Under the pieces are notes generated by a model that saw only the letters and a program-made list of their open reading frames with translations, did no database searches and was not told the origin of the DNA. A stretch of DNA of 64,000 bases from Octopus vulgaris (taxonomy: Eukaryota): positions 94,860,001-94,924,000 of the forward strand of contig OX597815.1 of assembly GCA_951406725.2 (NCBI GenBank), written 5' to 3'. This document shows, in pieces, positions 30,062-40,989 of this stretch. The position numbers were made by a program, and so were the translations under genes. The first letter of the stretch is position 1. The number at the start of each line of letters is the position of its first letter.

Positions 30062-30071
30062 TTATAGAAGG

Positions 30072-30122
30072 AGCTTCTACAGGACTAGAACTGTTTCATT
30101 CAGATGAAATCTTCAGGAAGCT
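30072..30122 (-). ncRNA. Type I hammerhead ribozyme motif (inverted copy)
   Basis: Reverse complement of 30265-30315. Confidence 0.75.
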
Positions 30123-30264
30123 GGCTGTCAAAATAGGTTCTGGTATTCATGCATTTAGGCAGATTTAATGGAGTGGTGGTGGGGGACGTTTTTTGGGACT
30201 TCCCCCACCACCACTCCATTAAATCTGCCTAAATGCATGAATACCAGAACCTATTTTGACAGCC

Positions 30265-30315
30265 AGCTTCCTGAAGATTTCATCTGAATGAAACAGTTCT
30301 AGTCCTGTAGAAGCT
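30265..30315 (+). ncRNA. Type I hammerhead ribozyme motif
   Basis: AGCUUC-CUGAAGA-UUUC(AUCU)GAAU-GAAA-CAG(UUCUAGUC)CUG-UA-GAAGCU: 6-bp stem I, 4-bp stem III, GUA triplet; stem II is weak (U.U at its base). Confidence 0.75.
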
Positions 30316-31355
30316 CCTTCTATAAAATAAATTACTTTACTCTGCTATGTATTGAGTACCTTATTTACTGTGGTTAACCCCCACTCAACCCGGGACCTAC
30401 ATATATATATATATATATATACACATACATACATACATACACACACGCACACACACACATATATCTATATGTGTGTGCTAGCCTGTGTTATTTTCCACCT
30501 ACCTATTTATACGCGTAATTATAATTCTTGTAATGTCTTTTAACTTTTGGGTTTGGGGAAAGAAATGAGAGATGCCAATGTACAGAATTCCCCACCTGTA
30601 TACCCTTATTCGTAACTAATCTAGTACATATTCCTTTTCCTGGCCATTACCCAGCATAATAAACACGACATCCAGAAAATCTCTGACTAAGAACTTAACA
30701 TGGAACAGAACCACCTAAAATTAAAATGCATTACAAGAACTATACTTCAAATTAAGCATATTGAGAGCCCAAGAACTCATCTACTTCAATGCACAAATAA
30801 GCCTGCCAAAACAATAAAATGAACTTTGACCTAAATAAATAAAATCACTTCAGCTAGCAACTGGCGTGAAGCCGTGGTCAACCATCTAACGAGGTCGGAT
30901 TTCAGATTAAAACTAACCGCCACTCGTTTTCTTCTGAACCCTAACCAATAAACACGTAACTGAAATCCGTTCGCTCCGAGAAAAGCTGGTTGAAAGACCC
31001 TGAATGAAGCTGCACAGATAATTACGTCCTGTTGCATATGCAACTGCACATACTCTGTGCAGTGGAAACACATGTAGGTTGTTGTAACCATAGAAATATG
31101 CTGTATGATATTGTAAAATAAAAGGAAATTAATTTTGAGGATGTCCAAGTTTCCATATTGTCTACCGTTACAACCGTTGCAGTATACACTCCAGATAATA
31201 CTAGCATCCAGTGAAGCGAACACGGAATTACCCATCGGAGGAACTTACAGCTCGAGTGACAACTCCTTCTAGACATAAAAGTTAAATACTAATCTATGTG
31301 GTTAGCCGTAATTTTGAACATAACTAAGAGTTACCGGATAATATATCCATCTAAA

Positions 31356-31388
<33 letters not shown>

Positions 31389-31392
31389 AGTG

Positions 31393-31438
<46 letters not shown>

Positions 31439-31500
31439 GTGTGTAGTTCAGTAGTTCATATATCCGGAAAAAGCACACTCTACAACAGAGCAGTATTATT

Positions 31501-31722
31501 TAGAAGGTTTTTTGTTATGGCCGCTCAGAGAGCGGCCATTGCTTTCACACCTATATAGCGACTGAGCGGGTTCAAATGATCGGAGGCACATAACCTTTTC
31601 CTCCCTTCACTTGTTGAAAGATTATGTACCTCCCGTCATTTGGATCCGATGAGTCGCCTATATAGGTGCAAAACCTATAACAAACCGGCCATAACAAACC
31701 GCCTATAACAAACGACCTTCTA
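31501..31722. mobile_element. Palindromic MITE
   Basis: TAGAAGG..TTGTTATGGCCG versus CGGCCATAACAA..CCTTCTA; internal inverted match ~31548-31600 / 31616-31668. Confidence 0.7.
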
Positions 31723-31727
31723 TAAAG

Positions 31728-31920
31728 TTAATCCAAACATGAAAACACAAAGATAAAACACAACGCGAGGACGTAGAACAAGTATAGGGTTATTGGACGC
31801 TCAGGGAAGGAAAGAAAGAAGAGGATTTGACGTTTCGAGCGGAGCTCTTCGTCAGAAACATAGGAAAAGGAAAGATACAAGGAAGGGAAGACGGAGGAAA
31901 AAATCGCCAACGATACACAC
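31728..31920 (-). mobile_element. Short HHR-bearing PLE-derived repeat (family H1)
   Basis: Homologous to 57495-57685 (+), 37750-37945 (-) and 48703-48810 (+). Confidence 0.75.
31825..31859 (-). ncRNA. Minimal type I hammerhead ribozyme motif
   Basis: GUUU-CUGACGA-A-GAGC(UCC)GCUC-GAAA-CG-UC-AAAU; palindromic ACGU stem III; GUC triplet. Confidence 0.75.
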
Positions 31921-31928
31921 GCAGTCAC

Positions 31929-32012
<84 letters not shown>

Positions 32013-32827
32013 GCATATGTGTGTATATGTATGTATATATAAATATATATACACATAACACACACACAAACACACACACATACACACACACACACATATA
32101 TATATTTATGATTAGACTAATGAGATGTACGAAACATTTAATTATAAGTAGATAATTCTGTTTAAACATAGATATTACTCATTATGTATGTGTGATAAAT
32201 ATATGAATACTAAAGTAGAAGTATGCAACGCTGATTATAATCCATAGTATATTTCTTTCTTATACAATGTGTTAATACACACCACATTTTATTAATTTTG
32301 TTGGAATGACATTTAGGTATACTTAGAAGAAATATTTTTATTTTATGTCTTCTATCACATTAATCGCAACTCATCATTTTATATTTATTCTTTCACTGGA
32401 AAAATTAACCATATTCTAGATCTATTACAAGTAATTAGAACGAGTCATAACTTTTTAATGGCATTTAAATTCCGTATCGTTACATGTGATAGCTGAAAAT
32501 AATATATGCAAATAAATTGTGCTGATGAAATAAACTTTAACCAAAGTAGGTTATGTTCATCGAAGATATATTTCAGAAAATATTCTACTGATTTAATTGC
32601 ATTAATAATTATTTTCAGATTAAATATAGAGCCATATATTCATAATCGTTTAGTGTAATGTGCGTATGATAATCAACGTAGTATATTTATCTCGGAGAAT
32701 CTGAGAAAATATATCAACAGAAGTAAATTTATATATGTAAAGATGTATACTTGCATTTCACACAGACCAAACTAATATATTCATTGTGCGCATATGTATA
32801 TGTGTGTGTATATAAATGCATTTGTGC

Positions 32828-32880
<53 letters not shown>

Positions 32881-32884
<4 letters not shown>

Positions 32885-33227
32885 AAATTTAAAGGACTGA
32901 CCACTAAAAGTGGACGGTCAACATACTAGATATAGACGTCAAAATCGCTATTTTCCACAAAGAATGTGTTCTCAAATAAGAAAACTCAGCACAAACCAAA
33001 GCATTAAAATTTAATGCTTTGGTTTTTGCTGAGTTTTCTTATTTGAGAACGCATTCTTTGTGGAAAATAGCGATTTTGACGTCTATATCTAGCATGTTGA
33101 CCGTCCACTTTCAGTGGTCACTCCTTTAAATTTTGTATGTAAAAATATTTTAATCTTCGGATTTTTTTAATATGCTAGGCCACTGGTTTTAATTGATTAA
33201 TATCAATTTCTACCCTTAATAAATTTT
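32881..33227. repeat. 257-bp near-perfect palindrome plus one-sided tail, between (TA)n tracts
   Basis: 32881-33008 is the inverse of 33010-33137 with few mismatches; 1-nt spacer. Confidence 0.9.
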
Positions 33228-33251
33228 ATATATATATATATATATATATTT

Positions 33252-33897
33252 TTATATTATATTGAGGGTACTACTATAAAAATATAAATGAATATTTTCA
33301 AAGAGGAAGAATTTACGGATTTTTTCTCTTACGAGGTTTTTCACGCTGAATACTGATAATTTCTTTTAAAGATTTTATCCTCAATTGTTACTTTATATTT
33401 TTCACCGGAATAGTTCAATACTGATTTTTTATTCCGACTAGGCAATTTGTGTACCGAAATGCATTGCGAAAAAGCCCGCCATTTTCATAGATGTGTAAGG
33501 ATAAACATTCGTACATGCTACGACGAATTCTACGGTTGGCTATCGAGTTTGTAATGTTATGTTTTTTCTTATATTTCTTGAGTTTGTTGCACTGACGAAC
33601 ATGAAATGCATATTCTGCATTAAATGCGAAATCACATGTGATATGTAACTGAATTCTTTTTTAAAATGATGTGTTTTGAAGTTTTGCATTCGCTAAAGTT
33701 TTGTTTATTTTTAGTAGTTTTGACCGCATTGGTCCCTCTTAGCGTGTTGGTATCTACGAATAGTAGTACCCTTAATATAATATAAAAATATAAATGAATA
33801 TTTTCAAAGAGGAAGAATTTACGGATTTTTTCTCTTTACGAGGTTTTTCACGCTGACTACTGATAATTTCTTTTAAAGATTTTATCCTCAATTGTTA

Positions 33898-33900
<3 letters not shown>
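33252..33900 (+). mobile_element. PLE-like element with partial-tandem pseudo-LTR and short 5' inversion (family H2)
   Basis: Direct repeat ~33276-33390 / ~33783-33897; ~33253-33276 is the inverse of 33761-33784; central HHR; (TA)n on both sides; homolog at 47478-47790. Confidence 0.8.
33586..33649 (+). ncRNA. Type I hammerhead ribozyme motif with extended stem II
   Basis: GUUGCA-CUGACGA-ACAU..AAUGCA(UAUUC)UGCAUU..AUGC-GAAA-UCAC(AU)GUGA-UA-UGUAAC. Confidence 0.82.
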
Positions 33901-33961
<61 letters not shown>

Positions 33962-34077
33962 ATATTTCGGAATGGTCATTTTGCCAGTTCAGCCAATAAA
34001 AACACACGCACTATATATTTGGTGTTATTTTGCTTCAGTGTTATTTATTTTTTACATTAATATTAATCTTATTTCGT

Positions 34078-34117
34078 CCAGAGTTCTTTCGTCACACTCC
34101 TGTGACCGCATCAGTGG
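34078..34117 (-). ncRNA. Hammerhead-like motif, C9 variant (left-arm copy)
   Basis: Reverse complement of 35178-35217. Confidence 0.65.
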
Positions 34118-34629
34118 TCCTTTGTTTTCTTCTTTCTTATTTGTGTCTCTCCTTACTAACTGTCAGCCATTTTGTATTTCTATTGTATGTCTTCATTTGC
34201 GCATGCTTATATCTCTATGTGCGTCTATGCTTATTTAGTGTGTGTATGTGGAGGGATGCCTGTAATATTTGTATCTTCTCTTTATATACGTTCATGTAAT
34301 TTGTATTTTGTTTTCGTTGTTGTTGTTTTTGTTTATTCTTATTTTGTTCATGTGTTTACATCCACTTATTATTATCATTACATATGCTTGTATGTATGTA
34401 TGTATAACAACATTACTAGTAATAATAATAATAAATCGAATCAAAATATATACATATATATATATATATAGTTATTTATTTCTATTTGTTTATTTATCTG
34501 TGTATTTATTATATTTTCGGGATCCTCTATCGTCATATGTTGTGGTGTGTGCTAGTGCTCCATTCTAGTTTTCTATTCAGGCTAGGTTTATTTTCTATTA
34601 TGTGTGTAGCTTCTGTAATTTGTCTAATC

Positions 34630-34773
34630 AATAACATAGAAATTAAAATATTGTCCACACATAGAACAGATGCAACATTTAGACAAATTACAGAAGCTAC
34701 ACACATAATAGAAAATAAACCTAGCCTGAATAGAAAGCTAGAATGGAGCACTAGCACACACCACAACATATGA
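34630..34773 (+). pseudogene. C-terminal fragment of a PLE GIY-YIG endonuclease
   Basis: NNIEIKILSTHRTDATFRQITEATHIIENKPSLNRKLEW fits the IL...R.I.EA..I....P.LN ending of GIY-YIG domains. Confidence 0.7.
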
Positions 34774-35177
34774 CGATAGAGGATCCCGAACACATAATAA
34801 ATACACAGATAAATAAACAAATAGAAATAAATAACTATATATATTTTTTTTTTCTCGATTCGATTTATTATTATTATTACTATTATTGTTGTTATACATA
34901 CATACAAGCATATGTAATGATAATAATAAGTGGATGTAAACACATGAACAAAATAAGAATAAACAAAAACAACAACAACAAAAACAAAATACAAATTACA
35001 TGAGCGTATATAAACAGAAGATACAAATATTACAGGCATCCCCCCACATACACACACTAAATAAACAAAGACGCACATAGAGATATAAGCATGCGCAAAT
35101 GAAGATATACAATAGAAATACAAAATGGCTGACGGTTAGTAAGGAGAGACACAAATAAGAAAGAAGAAAACAAAGGA

Positions 35178-35217
35178 CCACTGATGCGGTCACAGGAGTG
35201 TGACGAAAGAACTCTGG
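35178..35217 (+). ncRNA. Hammerhead-like motif, C9 variant
   Basis: CCA-CUGAUGC-G-GUCACA(GGAG)UGUGAC-GAAA-G(AA)C-UC-UGG. Confidence 0.65.
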
Positions 35218-35458
35218 ACGAAATAAGATTAAGATTAATGTAAAAAATAAATAACACTGAAGCAAAATAACACCAAATATATAGTGCGTGTGTTTTTATT
35301 GGCTGAACTGGCAAAATGACCATTCCGAAATATAACAATATCTGTTTCAACACACGACTTCACATAAAAAATCTTGCACAACAAATATTTAAACGTATAT
35401 ATATATATGTATATGTATTTATATGTAATATGCATATATGTATATGTGTGTGTATATA

Positions 35459-35990
35459 CAGGGTGCGGTGAATAAACCGTCGCCTAACTTACGCAAGAAT
35501 GAAAATAAAACTGACATCTCATTTTAACAGATATATTTACCAAAATTATATTCAAAATATCTTAAAATACTAAAAAGTGAATTTATTCAATAAAATTGCT
35601 CCTGGCATTAACCACGACCACCCGATAAATTCGGAATGTCCTTCAACTCTTCTGGATGTATAATTGAGTGAAGTCTTGCCTTTAGTTTTGGTGTTACCAG
35701 GTGTTTTGTTGGTCTGTCGCTCAACTGCGCCCCACACATAATAATGAAGGGGGTTGAGGTCTGTGGAGTTAGGTGGCCAGATGTTAGTAGTGATGTGGTT
35801 CAAGACATTGTCCGAGAGCCAAGACTGGTTTCCTCTGCTTGTGAGGCATGGTGAAAAGTCTTGTTGTCAGGCATAGGGTCTTCCAGCTGCCACCCTCTTG
35901 ACCCCGGGAAACACTAACATCTCCAGGCACTTGATTTAGGCATCCGTGTTAACTGAGAAGTCGTTTGATATATATATCACTCTCGCTACA
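35459..35990 (-). mobile_element. Tc1/mariner (DD37D/maT-like) 3' relic
   Basis: QQDFSPCLTS..QSWLSDN..WPPNSTDLNPLHYYVWGAVE, with 37 residues between the second D and the third (mutated) position; TA-CAGGGTG terminus at 35457. Confidence 0.8.
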
Positions 35991-36199
35991 TGTCCCCAGA
36001 TTGGACTATCCTCAGATCGACAGCCAAACATTCTGAAATGTTCGTATTGGAGCTCTCAGCGCGATTGGCAAGTAGTACAGTGTCATGATGCTGTTTTTCT
36101 CAGACTAACTTGTAGTTTACAAAATCAGAAACAAACAATGCGCATGCGTGAAATAAAAAATATAAAATGGTAATATTTTGCACATCGCACGCTGTATAA

Positions 36200-36269
<70 letters not shown>

Positions 36270-36329
36270 ATGTGGGTGTATGTGTGTGTATGCATATGTA
36301 TATACGGTGATCACTGTGATATATATATA

Positions 36330-36608
36330 TCACCATGATAACCGTGACCGACCAGGTTATCAGATGTTGCTACACATCGCTGGTCACAATGACGTCACCC
36401 CGCTGGCTAAGCGAGTAGGCCAACAGAAGAAAGAGTGAGAGAAATTTGTGGCGAAAGAGTACAGCAGCGATCGCCACCACCCCTGCAGGAGCCTCGTGAA
36501 ACTATAGGTGTTTTCGCTCAATAAACACTCACAATGCCCGGTCTGGGAATCGAAACTGCAATCCTACGACCGCGAGTCCGCTGCCCTAACCACTGGGCCA
36601 TTGCGCCT

Positions 36609-36610
<2 letters not shown>
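36330..36610 (-). mobile_element. tRNA-derived SINE, family D
   Basis: Reverse complement GGCGCAATGGCCCAGTGGTTAGGGCAGCGG...GTTTCGATTCCC; second head at ~40683-40745. Confidence 0.8.
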
Positions 36611-36646
<36 letters not shown>

Positions 36647-37188
36647 ACACACACACGCACACACACATATATATATATATATAGATATGGATATAGATAT
36701 ATACTTACTAGGAAAAGGATGCGTGGTGTTCGATCAAATAATGATATAAATAATATATAAATATATACATATATACATACATATATGTACATACCTACAT
36801 ATATATGTATATATACATGCATATTTGGGTACAGGACGTCAAAAAAGCGTCAGAAAGGAGTAAGAGAAAATAAACAGAGAGAGTATGAAAAAAATACCGT
36901 GTTGAGTTCAATAGTCGAGCATGGCGAATATATATATATATATACATATTTTAAAATTAGAGTGTCTTAACCTCGTGAAGGTATGGTTGCAGTCAAAGAA
37001 ATACTGGTCCAATACTCAGTATTGTTGGGGAATGAAATTCCCTGAAAACAATAGGTATATGTTAAGTATATAGTTTATATTCAGTTAAAAGAATAGAAAA
37101 TAGAGGTAAGGAAGTTAGCAATTCTATATTATTAACAAATTGGTCATCTTCGCTTCTTATAGCCGTTTCAGTTAATATTCAATAATTC

Positions 37189-37373
37189 AATTACAAATTT
37201 GTACATTTAAGTTGCATTTGTGTGACATGAGTATAATTTTATCGGAAAAAATGTCATCTGCTGAAATGAATTGATATGTCCTCGTATAACATTCCAAGGT
37301 CCATTTTATTTTTTCTCTGATGAAATTATGCTCAGGTCACTTAAATGCAAATTTAATGTACAAATTTGTAATT
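37189..37373. repeat. Diverged ~65-bp inverted repeat inside a TA-flanked segment (~36950-37660)
   Basis: AATTACAAATTTGTACATT... versus ...AATGTACAAATTTGTAATT. Confidence 0.75.
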
Positions 37374-37689
37374 AAGACTTTATGAATACGTCTTTTACAC
37401 TGTATCTAGAATAGCTATTGAACTCTGTATAATTGTATTTGAGAGATTTATGCTACTCCTGTTAATTCGACTACTATAAAGCTAATTAACACGTGTTTAC
37501 TGGCGTGTGGACGGTTAACAGTTTTAAAAAGTCATTGACAGTGAATAACACTTATATCTAATAATACAGCAGTTTAATATGTTTCATACTCTGATGATAC
37601 CTCGAAAGAGTCTCGAAACGTTTATTATGGATCTAGGAAATTTTCCACAATTGTAACTGATATATATATATATCTGTGTGTGTGTGTGT

Positions 37690-37745
<56 letters not shown>

Positions 37746-37749
37746 TAAA

Positions 37750-37945
37750 TCTAAAAAACACAAAGAGCAAACACAAGAAAAAACAGTAACGCTAGGACGT
37801 GATACCTGAAAAGTAAAAGCAGACGCTCATGGAAGGAAAGAAAGGTGGTTTTACGATTCGAACAAAGCTCTGCTTCCGAAACAGGAGACAGAGGAAAATC
37901 CAAGAGAAAAGGATGACGGAGGAAATAAATCGCCAACGGATCACA
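37750..37945 (-). mobile_element. Family H1 copy (decayed HHR)
   Basis: Aligns to 31728-31920. Confidence 0.7.
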
Positions 37946-37952
37946 CACACAA

Positions 37953-37994
<42 letters not shown>

Positions 37995-38034
37995 TTAATA
38001 TATATATATACATATATATACACATATGATAGAT

Positions 38035-38203
38035 CGGTAGTCACCACACATTTTTTTCTCTCGTTGTTTCTTTTTGTGTTCCTTTCTGTGGAAGAACGTA
38101 GGTTCGAAATGTTAAAGACTTTTTCAATTCCCGAGCGTTATACTACTACATCTGTTTGTTTTCTACACCACCTGTCTTCGTCTTCTGTTTTTTCGTGAAA
38201 TCT

Positions 38204-38207
<4 letters not shown>
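38035..38207 (+). mobile_element. H1-related short repeat with U6-variant HHR-like motif
   Basis: CUUU-CUGUGGA-A-GAAC(GUAG)GUUC-GAAAUGUU-AAAG; ends at (TA)n. Confidence 0.6.
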
Positions 38208-38266
<59 letters not shown>

Positions 38267-38416
38267 GCGAGAAGTTATAAGAGATAGTGGTGTCATTGAG
38301 ACCCCAAAATGTCAGGTAATGCTGAATAAATGCTATAGACAGATCATAGTTAAGTTCCAGATTCGGTAATATTGCGAATAAAGGGTTCAACGTTGGTTCT
38401 ATGTCAGCGTGTGTAT

Positions 38417-38520
38417 ATAAGAATTTTTTGCGTGATACGATAAAAAACCAAGGCTGTATAGATATTAGAGCATTTACAGATATAGTCTTTATCTTATTAC
38501 GCAAAAGTCCTTATATATAT

Positions 38521-38600
<80 letters not shown>

Positions 38601-38736
38601 AGGACTTTTTGTGTAATAAGATAAAAAAACCAAGGCTGTATAGATATTAGAGCATTTATATCTATAAATGCTCTATCTATAAATGCTCTAATATCTATAC
38701 AGCCTTGGTTTTTTTATCTTATTACGCAAAAAGTCG

Positions 38737-38740
<4 letters not shown>
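38417..38740. repeat. Duplicated small hairpin unit around (TA)n
   Basis: A ~60-bp unit containing GATAAAAAACCAAGGCTGTATAGATATTAGAGCATTTA occurs as +, partial -, +, -. Confidence 0.85.
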
Positions 38741-38786
<46 letters not shown>

Positions 38787-38882
38787 GTGTATGTATGTAT
38801 ATGCATATATCTCTATACCTGCATATCTGTAAAACTGTATATATGTTTCCTGAGGTTAGACCTCTTTAGCAATGCATGCTAC

Positions 38883-38976
38883 GGGCATATGGCGTAGTGG
38901 TTAAGAGCGTGGGCTACTAACCCCAAGATTCCAAGTTCGATTCCTGGCAATAATAATAATAAAAATAATAATGATG

Positions 38977-39036
<60 letters not shown>

Positions 39037-39190
39037 TCGAAAAATACCTTAGCAATGAGAACCCAGGTTCGAAATTTCCCCAAGACACCTGATAAAGGCT
39101 GGAGGGTATATCAGCCGAAACTTTTTGTTAAAAACAAACAAGATGAGGACAAATATCCATCAAATGTAAAAAATGTAAATAATGTAAATT
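38883..39190 (+). mobile_element. tRNA-headed SINE with internal (TAA)n and HHR-like tail
   Basis: A box TGGCGTAGTGG, B box GTTCGATTCC; HHR-like motif at 39085-39128. Confidence 0.75.
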
Positions 39191-40164
39191 TGATTTCATT
39201 ATGAAAGTTTTACCATTTCGTAATATTATTGTATAACTGGTTGTTTCCTAGAAGACAGATACAATATCAGCTACTTTTAAAGTCCATTGTTTATACATAT
39301 CGTAATGCTAGCAAGTACATCTACTCTGAATTTAATTCACTGTTGCAAAGAATGCTTAAAAATAAATACATATTTCAATTTGTTTCAGGTGAACCCCTGC
39401 ACAATTATCAGTGAGTCCACAATTGAAGTATTGCATTTCTTTCTCACCCTAAGAACTGAATTGATTATAAGTTTGTATATTTATTTATTTGTGTATGTAA
39501 GTGGAAGTCAATGTTTTACAGAGTTAAAAAGAAATTGTAGCTCAGCTCACAATCTACAGTTTTTACACAAACCTCCTCATATGTGGTCGTTTCTAAGTTA
39601 AATGCAGTAGAAAATCATATTGTTTAGCTTTGTAAAAATACACCATCATTGACTGACATTTGTAATTCCATGAAATATTCAGTATTAACTTGCTTTGATT
39701 CAGTGGCTAGGAAGAGCTGCCTCTCAGTGGGATGCATTTGAAGGATTGATAATATTAATAGGGTTTCCATTCGTTACATATCGTTTGAATTGTGTGCGTT
39801 TATATTTCCTTCAGATGCATTCATTAAACATATCTATTTCCTTGATACTTGCTTAGTCGTATTAGTTTCTTAATATTCCACATGAATATTGCCTTTTTTA
39901 AAATCCCATTTTAAGCAGCCCTTGCATCACATTCCCAGAATAATAGTTTTTTTATAGGGTAAACGCATTGAAATACTCCTACTTTCCATATGAGGTATAT
40001 ATCTTGCACATATTCTGCTACATTGTAATCGCGATTCCGTGCATAAAACGTTTACCATCACAAACTCTTCGGTCTCATATTTAGTTTCTCTGAGATTTGT
40101 GCAAATGGTTGGGTTTTTTTTGAGAGATTTTATCGAAAACACTCCATCTTCTCATGTAGCTATT

Positions 40165-40625
40165 GCCCAATATGAAAAACATAATTACACGCAAACCCCA
40201 CCAAGATCCTACTCTCAGTTGTAAATGTCGAGATCCAGAATCCTGTCCACTCGACCAGGGATGCATGAGTAAATCCTTTATACATGAGGCAGAAGGTACA
40301 GCAACGCTAGATAATAATATAACCGAAAAGAGCCACATTGGGCTATGAAGGCGGCTTCAAAAATCACTATGCTAACCACATATATTCCTTCCGATACAGG
40401 GACAAAAGTAAAGCCAAGTTGGCTAGCCACGTATATTAGTCTAACGCCACAGTACATACAATAAAGTGGAAAATAGTTGCAAAGTCCACACCATATGTCA
40501 TCGGATCAAAAGAATGTAATCTATACTCCACTGAAAGATCTCAGTTCCTTTCCAGATCTAGGAACTCTACCGCACCGCAGTTGTAAGAATATGGATAAGT
40601 TCCTGTTAGCAATTAAAAAGTACAA
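40165..40625 (+). pseudogene. Penelope-like GIY-YIG endonuclease relic
   Basis: SCKCRDPESCPLDQGCMSKSFIHEAE..HIGL, FKNHYANHIYSFR, KWKIVAKSTPYVIGSKECNL; stops and frameshifts. Confidence 0.8.
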
Positions 40626-40989
40626 CCCTCTCAGGATTAAGCAGCTGTACCGAAGACACTAGGCCATTAAGCTTTGTGCCTTATGGGAATCGAAACTGCG
40701 ATCCTACGACCGCGAGTCCGCTACTCTAACCACTGGGCCATTGCATCTTCACACTCACACACACACACACACACACAAATACATACATATATATATATAT
40801 ATGTATATATAATATATATACCCTTTCTTCGTTTCATACTGATTTTCACTTTGAGTTTCCTCGATCTCTTTTGAACATAAAAACACTTATAAATGAATAG
40901 ATTTCTAAACTAGTCTATAATTATAAAATAATATGTGTGCATATATATTTATGTATATACATATACACATGCATATATATATAAATATG

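Larger units (their letters stand above)
30057..30410 (+). mobile_element. Penelope-like inverted pseudo-LTR remnant (130-bp arms, 14-bp spacer, 3' tail)
   Basis: 30057-30186 is the reverse complement of 30201-30330; flanked by (TA)n; HHR motif in each arm. Confidence 0.8.
33957..35395 (+). mobile_element. 5'-truncated Penelope-like retroelement with ~670-bp inverted pseudo-LTR (family P)
   Basis: Arms 33957-34627 and 34679-35338. Spacer plus right arm encode a GIY-YIG-like C-terminus. HHR-like motif in each arm; TA repeats on both sides. Confidence 0.85.

Noticed and set aside
38883-38949. Functional tRNA gene (also 25878, 36540, 55395)
   Set aside because: A/B boxes are present but there is no complete acceptor stem, and the heads run into SINE bodies.
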